DNA from: Lachnospiraceae bacterium
Lineage (GTDB): Bacteria; Bacillota; Clostridia; Lachnospirales; Lachnospiraceae
DNA: 24,000 nt
NCBI GenBank assembly: GCA_021203205.1
Contig: JAJQBQ010000044.1
Span: forward strand, 149,630 to 173,629
Direction: 5' to 3'
The notes beneath the pieces are model-generated. The model saw nothing but the letters and a program-made list of their open reading frames with translations, searched no databases and had not been told where the DNA came from. The position numbers and the translations under genes were made by a program. Within the stretch, counting starts at the first letter, position 1, and the number at the start of each line of letters is the position of its first letter. Of the stretch, positions 16,547 to 21,345 are shown in pieces.

Positions 16547-18328
16547 ATGGCGCAGCGAACCGTATGTCTGTGTGACGGAAAATATGTAGGAATCGAGACG
16601 ATTTTCACGGTTGTCGACGGCAGGCAGATCAATATTCCGGGAAAGGTAGAGGAACTTCGTGCCAGAAGCCGGAAGAACGAATTGTTTTGTCCCTGTGGCT
16701 GCGGGTCCAACCTGATCCTTGTGGCCGGGGACAAAAACCTCCGTGAGCAGCATTTTCGCCTGAAAGACGGCGCATCGAATGCGAATTGCAGCGCGGTCAC
16801 GGAGGGCAACATATCGCTGAATTCCAAAATTGTTCTGAAATGCTGGCTGGACGACAAGCTTCACGCCACAGACCTGGAGACGCGTGTACCGGTCCGGTCA
16901 CTGGAAAACGGATCCTCGAATTCAAAAAACGGCGGCAGGAAGTATGAATTTTCCTTCCTTTCAGCAGAAAAGAAAATTGCGCTGAGTTACACGCATGAGA
17001 GAGCGAATCTCTCTGATGAAAAGTTTGATGCGTTGGAAAGTAATCAGCAGGAAATTCAAATCCTGTATGTGGTGGATGAGGCAAACAGCGGAAATACCGG
17101 CCAGTACCCGGAGGGGCTGATGAAGATTCAGAGGCGGCAGGGTCACCTTCTGTTTCTGAATATCAAGGGCTCGAATTATGCGGAGGCAACCCTGCATGCG
17201 GCTTTCTATGAGAAGGATATCGATGGACACTGGCAGGAACTCACGTTTGCGGAGGATGCACTGCCGCAGTTTGATATTGACGAGAACGGCGTAGTTATTT
17301 ATGCGGGAAAAGCGCTGGAACTGTATCGGGAAGATGTCCGCGACAGTTTTCGGGCAACACAGGAAGAATTAAAAAAAAGACGCGAGGAGGAAAGAAGACG
17401 CAGGGAACTTGAAGAAGAGAGGAGGAAGCAAAGGGAGAGGGAACGGCTGATTTGGGAGGAGGAGCAAAGGCGAGCCAGACGGCAGCGGGAAGAGGAAGAA
17501 AGACGAGCCAAGATACAGCAGGAGGAAGAGGAGAGACGGGCCAGAGAGTTACAGGAAGAAGAGGAAAGACGGGCATGGATGCTTCTATCGGAGGAAGAAA
17601 GGCGGGCTCGGAGACAGAAGGAAGAGGAAGAAAGACAGGCCAGAATACTGCAGGAAGAGGAAGAAAGGCGAATTCAGGCGCAGCAGGAAGAGGAACTTAA
17701 GGCGGCCCGGAAACTCCGCGAAGAAGAAGAGAGGCGACAGCGGGAAGAAGAGAGAAAACAGAGGAAAGTCGAAAATGAGCGGCTCTGGGAAGAAGAGATG
17801 GATCGCCAGAGCCTGGAACGGGCGAAAAGACGCCAGGAAGCCGCAGAGTATAGGGAAAAACGGCGGGATGATATAGAAAAGGAAAGGCAGCGCCTGGAAG
17901 AAGAGTATCAGCGACATTTAGCCGAAAGCAGGCGTCGGCGGGCGGAGCAAGAAGCCGAGGCCAGAAAACGGGACGAGGATTTCCGGCACAATATGGAGGC
18001 GCAGTTTTCACAGCAGGAACGACCGGTTTATGACCGCGATGGAAACCGCTGGATCCGCTGTGAATTTTGCGGAAAAATTGACCGGGACAGCAATTTTGTT
18101 TCCTACGGCGGGAAAAATCATGTGAATCTTGGAACCTGTAAAGAGTGCGAGTCGAACAACCCGGCGGTGCGGGAAAAGGCGGCCGCCGCGAAAATGCAGG
18201 CGGCCAGACGGCGCGACCAGAATACCTGCCCGGAGTGCGGCGGAACGCTGACCTTGAGGAATGGGCGGTTTGGCAGCTTTTATGGGTGCAGCAACTTTCC
18301 GGCGTGCAGGTATACCAGGAGAGCATAG
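16547..18328 (+). CDS. CoiA-like N-terminal domain / roughly 200-aa ER/K charged helix / two C-terminal zinc ribbons including a topoisomerase-type C4 finger
   Basis: The RBS GGGAGGA lies upstream. [29 protein letters not shown] resembles the CoiA N-terminal Cys-rich motif ...FFCPxCG...HFAHK. Residues 271-478 are almost entirely E, R, K and Q. CEFCGK...CKEC forms one ribbon. [30 protein letters not shown] is a zf-C4_Topoisom-like finger. Confidence 0.8.
   Translation: MAQRTVCLCDGKYVGIETIFTVVDGRQINIPGKVEELRARSRKNELFCPCGCGSNLILVAGDKNLREQHFRLKDGASNANCSAVTEGNISLNSKIVLKCWLDDKLHATDLETRVPVRSLENGSSNSKNGGRKYEFSFLSAEKKIALSYTHERANLSDEKFDALESNQQEIQILYVVDEANSGNTGQYPEGLMKIQRRQGHLLFLNIKGSNYAEATLHAAFYEKDIDGHWQELTFAEDALPQFDIDENGVVIYAGKALELYREDVRDSFRATQEELKKRREEERRRRELEEERRKQRERERLIWEEEQRRARRQREEEERRAKIQQEEEERRARELQEEEERRAWMLLSEEERRARRQKEEEERQARILQEEEERRIQAQQEEELKAARKLREEEERRQREEERKQRKVENERLWEEEMDRQSLERAKRRQEAAEYREKRRDDIEKERQRLEEEYQRHLAESRRRRAEQEAEARKRDEDFRHNMEAQFSQQERPVYDRDGNRWIRCEFCGKIDRDSNFVSYGGKNHVNLGTCKECESNNPAVREKAAAAKMQAARRRDQNTCPECGGTLTLRNGRFGSFYGCSNFPACRYTRRA
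17357..17980 (+). repeat. In-frame purine-rich coding repeats, with 33-bp / 11-aa EEEERRAxxxQ-type units in the core
   Basis: Successive units read [56 protein letters not shown] and [25 protein letters not shown](A/G)C recurs at about 33-nt spacing between roughly 17490 and 17700. Confidence 0.8.
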
Positions 18329-18340
18329 GGGATAATTTGA

Positions 18341-18374
18341 CTGCTGTAAAATTTGCTGTTGATTTTTACAGCAG
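18341..18374 (+). terminator. AT-rich hairpin, a possible weak terminator after the 593-aa gene
   Basis: A perfect 11-bp stem pairs CTGCTGTAAAA (18341-18351) with TTTTACAGCAG (18364-18374) around a 12-nt loop. Only ATTT follows, so terminator strength is doubtful. Confidence 0.35.
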
Positions 18375-18481
18375 ATTTGACTAGACTAACATCGAACGTG
18401 TGGAGAATGAGGCTGCAGTTTTATGGATGCTGTCTATATATGCTGAGCCTCGAAAATTGATATGAGTTTTGGAGGAAAACA

Positions 18482-18721
18482 ATGCCAAATATAAAACCAG
18501 TTTCTGATCTGCGCAATTATACAGAAGTACTACACGATGTAGCCTCCGGCTCTCCGGTTTTTCTTACAAAAAACGGACGGGGACGTTATGTGATTCTTGA
18601 CATGCAGGATTATGAAAAGTCTCTGGCCATGCAGAGACTTGCGAATGAGCTTTCGAAAGGGAAAAAAGCAGGAGAAGAACAGGGGTGGATTTCATCGGAT
18701 GAGATGAGAAGCCATTCGTGA
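18482..18721 (+). CDS. Phd/YefM-family type II antitoxin
   Basis: The RBS GGAGG (18471-18475) lies 6 nt upstream. MPNIKPVSDLRNYTEVLHDVASGSPVFLTKNGRGRYVILDMQDYE is a typical Phd/YefM N-terminus. Confidence 0.8.
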   Translation: MPNIKPVSDLRNYTEVLHDVASGSPVFLTKNGRGRYVILDMQDYEKSLAMQRLANELSKGKKAGEEQGWISSDEMRSHS

Positions 18722-18735
18722 AAGAAGGTGGAATA

Positions 18736-18957
18736 ATGAAGCGGGAAGATTATATTTCCGATGAGGAAGTTGTAAAAAGAGCTTGCGCGGCAGTAAAAAT
18801 TGAGCTGGAGAAGAAAGAAGTATTAGGGATACCGGCTGTAATATATGACCGAAAAACACAAAAAATTTATCACGTTTATGGGGATGGAACAAAAGTAGAA
18901 ATTGCCGATCGGTTAAGGAAGGGGCGTTACAGTGAGCAAATCAAACAGGAAGCCTGA
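18736..18957 (+). CDS. Small protein of unknown function between the antitoxin and the zeta-like ATPase
   Basis: The ATG at 18736 has GAAGGTGGA upstream; the alternative GTG at 18718 overlaps the Phd stop. It is 73 aa and I recognise no family. Its 3' end overlaps the next gene by 26 nt. Confidence 0.55.
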   Translation: MKREDYISDEEVVKRACAAVKIELEKKEVLGIPAVIYDRKTQKIYHVYGDGTKVEIADRLRKGRYSEQIKQEA

Positions 18958-19525
18958 AGTTATCGTGTTTTGCGGGCCAAACGGATCAGGAAAAAGCACG
19001 TTAACTGAACTGCTGAAACCTCCTGTGGATTACATTAATGCAGATGAGATAAAGAAGAATTTGAAGTGCACGGATCTTGAAGCAGCGCAAATTGCTGAGA
19101 AACAAAGAGAAGAACACCTCAGTCGTAGGGAAGAGTTCTGTTTCGAAACGGTTTTATCAACGGACAGAAATCTGAATCTGCTAAAAAGAGCGCGAGAACA
19201 GGGATATTTTATACGATGCTATTATGTATTAACGGCCGACCCGCTTATTAACGTTTTTCGTGTCAGATCCAGAGTCGAGGCGGGAGGGCATGATGTGCCT
19301 GAGGAAAAGATCATTTCAAGGTATGACAGAGCGCTTGCCCTGGTGAAAGAGGTAGTAAAAGTAAGTGACATATGCCATATCTATGACAATTCAGGAGATT
19401 ATCCATTTCGCATATTCAAGAAACAAAAAGACATAAATTATTATGATGAATGCGAGGACTGGCATCTTGAAGATATTGAGGTGTTGACCGGAATCTGTGA
19501 GATGGAAAAGAAAAATCTAAATTAA
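18932..19525 (+). CDS. Zeta-toxin-like P-loop kinase/ATPase (COG4185-type)
   Basis: The start is GTG. The Walker A motif is VIVFCGPNGSGKSTL. YINADEI, FETVLS and RVRSRVEAGGHDVPEEKIISRYDRAL match my recollection of the COG4185/zeta family. Confidence 0.75.
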   Translation: MSKSNRKPEVIVFCGPNGSGKSTLTELLKPPVDYINADEIKKNLKCTDLEAAQIAEKQREEHLSRREEFCFETVLSTDRNLNLLKRAREQGYFIRCYYVLTADPLINVFRVRSRVEAGGHDVPEEKIISRYDRALALVKEVVKVSDICHIYDNSGDYPFRIFKKQKDINYYDECEDWHLEDIEVLTGICEMEKKNLN

Positions 19526-19631
19526 AATATGATTTTTTTGAATATATTGATTACGTGATATTGGCGAAAATACGAGCTGACAGGATCAATTAGTTACCAT
19601 TCCTATCAGCAGATGAAGAAGCAAATTATTG

Positions 19632-19658
19632 GGGCTGACCGTAAGGTCAGTCCTTTTT
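19632..19658 (+). terminator. Rho-independent terminator
   Basis: A 9-bp stem pairs GGGCTGACC (19632-19640) with GGTCAGTCC (19645-19653), including one G-U pair, around the loop GTAA. T5 follows at 19654-19658. Confidence 0.75.
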
Positions 19659-19846
19659 ATCGGGAAAACAAGAAAAACTTCTGAACGGTTTCATAGCAAG
19701 GATTTCTGTCAGGTATCCGTATTGTTTGTGCTGGTTAAGTTGGCTACATTGAAAACCGTGTAAATAACGGCATCTCAGAGCGCTCTAATTCACCGTGCAG
19801 TATGCACTGAGTCGCCAAGCTCTACACCTTATGGCTATACAGAAAT

Positions 19847-19906
19847 AAAAAGTAGAATTTTAAATGAAAAAGTAGTTGACAATCAGGGCTCGGGGGGGGG
19901 TATAAC
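19847..19906 (+). promoter_or_regulatory. Promoter of the surface-protein genes with upstream direct repeats and a G9 tract in the spacer
   Basis: AAAAAGTAG occurs at 19847-19855 and again at 19867-19875, exactly 20 bp apart. TTGACA is at 19876-19881. The 19-bp spacer contains G9 (19892-19900). TATAAC is at 19901-19906. Confidence 0.55.
19892..19900 (+). repeat. Homopolymeric G9 tract
   Basis: I counted it directly: cggggggggg is one C followed by nine G. Confidence 0.95.
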
Positions 19907-19959
19907 ATAATTATTATAAGGCATTTATTGCCAGTTTTTTTCAAGGAGGAAAAGAAGAA

Positions 19960-21210
19960 ATGAGACAACAGAAGAAGTTATCTATGAAGGCGGCCGGAGT
20001 ACTTGTGCTGGCATGCTTTATCGCTGTTATGGCGCTTGGAACCATGACGGTGCGGGCAGACTCGTATGAGGATTGGCTGGAGGAGTATGCGACAGATGTT
20101 GACGGCACATACACCCTCACACTGGACGAGACATTAACGATTGATATTCCATCGGGAGCAGCTTTACAGTATACATTTACTCCTGAAGCAGATGGACAGT
20201 ACACATTTGATATGCAGGTGACAATCATATTTTGTGATGGTACTACAATCGATGATTATTCTATGGTCTGGGAGCGGATACCATATTATCTGGATGAAGA
20301 TGGTAAAATTTGCGCTCTTTATCCTAGCGGAGACGATGGCTCCAGCGTGTTTCTGAGCGATGATGATCTGTTTGATATGCTGGCAGGTGAGACATATTAT
20401 TTTTATTTCATTGTTGACTATGTATTTGATTATACTGAAGAGGATGCTCCCGCTCAGTCGATTATTACGGTTACTGCTACCTGCGTAGATTCAGATGATG
20501 CGACAACGACTTCAACCACAGTGGCAGATGATTCGTCATCCACTGATGCAGCAGATGATGATACAGCAGATGATGATGCAGCAGCTACGACTGCTGAGCT
20601 TGCGGCTGCAGATAAGAATGGAACTGTAATCTCGGTATATTCCAGCGAAGATGCTGCGGCAGCCGATGGCAGAACGGATGGCTATCTTGTCATTACAGCA
20701 TCGACGGAGACGGTGGATCTGACGGATGCAGACATATCCGCCATCATTGAAGCACAGATCGCCAGCGATACGGATGCGTCTGCAGACGAAATAGAAGTTC
20801 TTGAAGTAGTAGAAGTATATTATGTGGGTGATGAAAGTGCTCTGGATTTTCCGCTTACCCTTACATTTAAAGCAGACGGTGTAACGGCAGAAAATTTTGT
20901 CGGGACTCTGCACAAAGTGGATGGTGTATGGACTGCAGAAGAGGCAAGTGTTGAAACAGACGGAAGTGTGGTTGTGACAGTGAATTCTTTAAGCCCGTTT
21001 GCATTCCTTGTAAGCAGTACGGAGACAGAAGAAAATTCCACGACGGCAGAGGAGGAAGAAGGAGCAACAACTTCGGCAACTGCCACTACGGAAAGCTCAA
21101 ATCAGCAGGCGAGCAATACAGCAGACGTTTCTGTATGGGTATACCTGGTAATTCTCGCAGGCGCAGTGGTTGGTGCAGTGGTGATTGCAAAGAGGAGAGT
21201 GGAAGAATAG
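19960..21210 (+). CDS. Secreted, highly acidic surface protein with a C-terminal membrane anchor
   Basis: The RBS AGGAGG is at 19944-19949. A signal peptide (LVLACFIAVMALGTMTVRA/DS) is present. Low-complexity D/T/A/S-rich regions follow. The C-terminus reads ...SNTADVSVWVYLVILAGAVVGAVVIAKRRVEE, a TM segment with a basic tail. Confidence 0.8.
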   Translation: MRQQKKLSMKAAGVLVLACFIAVMALGTMTVRADSYEDWLEEYATDVDGTYTLTLDETLTIDIPSGAALQYTFTPEADGQYTFDMQVTIIFCDGTTIDDYSMVWERIPYYLDEDGKICALYPSGDDGSSVFLSDDDLFDMLAGETYYFYFIVDYVFDYTEEDAPAQSIITVTATCVDSDDATTTSTTVADDSSSTDAADDDTADDDAAATTAELAAADKNGTVISVYSSEDAAAADGRTDGYLVITASTETVDLTDADISAIIEAQIASDTDASADEIEVLEVVEVYYVGDESALDFPLTLTFKADGVTAENFVGTLHKVDGVWTAEEASVETDGSVVVTVNSLSPFAFLVSSTETEENSTTAEEEEGATTSATATTESSNQQASNTADVSVWVYLVILAGAVVGAVVIAKRRVEE

Positions 21211-21243
21211 ACAGGCAGGCGTTAACAGAATAGAGATTATTTG

Positions 21244-21290
21244 AAAGGGAGATGGCGCTGGCACTGCGGTGCCAGAAGCGGTCTCCCTTT
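21244..21290 (+). terminator. Strong nested hairpin between the two surface-protein genes (terminator or attenuator)
   Basis: The outer stem pairs AAAGGGAGA (21244-21252) with TCTCCCTTT (21282-21290). The inner stem pairs CTGGCAC (21258-21264) with GTGCCAG (21269-21275) around the loop TGCG. The only T-run is part of the stem. Confidence 0.5.
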
Positions 21291-21345
21291 AGACGCTGAT
21301 ATGTGAGCGACAATTAGGTGGTAAAAGAAAAAGGGGAGGAATTTT

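Noticed and set aside
17357-17980. A regular 33-bp periodicity that could suggest a CRISPR array or a non-coding tandem repeat.
   Set aside because: The repeats are in frame within a long ORF and encode a coherent EEEERRA-type peptide. There are no unique spacers and no cas genes.
17295-18326. Antisense and off-frame ORFs across the ER/K region: 17295-17576 (-), 17452-17700 (+), 17585-17917 (-) and 17697-18326 (-).
   Set aside because: They are artefacts of the purine-rich repeat, because GAA/GAG/AGA codons have no stops on the complement. Their products are S/L/F/P-rich nonsense.
12200-19700. Calling the AT-rich block a defined mobile element, genomic island or prophage remnant.
   Set aside because: No integrase, transposase, relaxase, tRNA target or convincing flanking direct or inverted repeats are visible. 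Only a compositional shift supports it, so I report it as a finding rather than annotate it as a mobile element.
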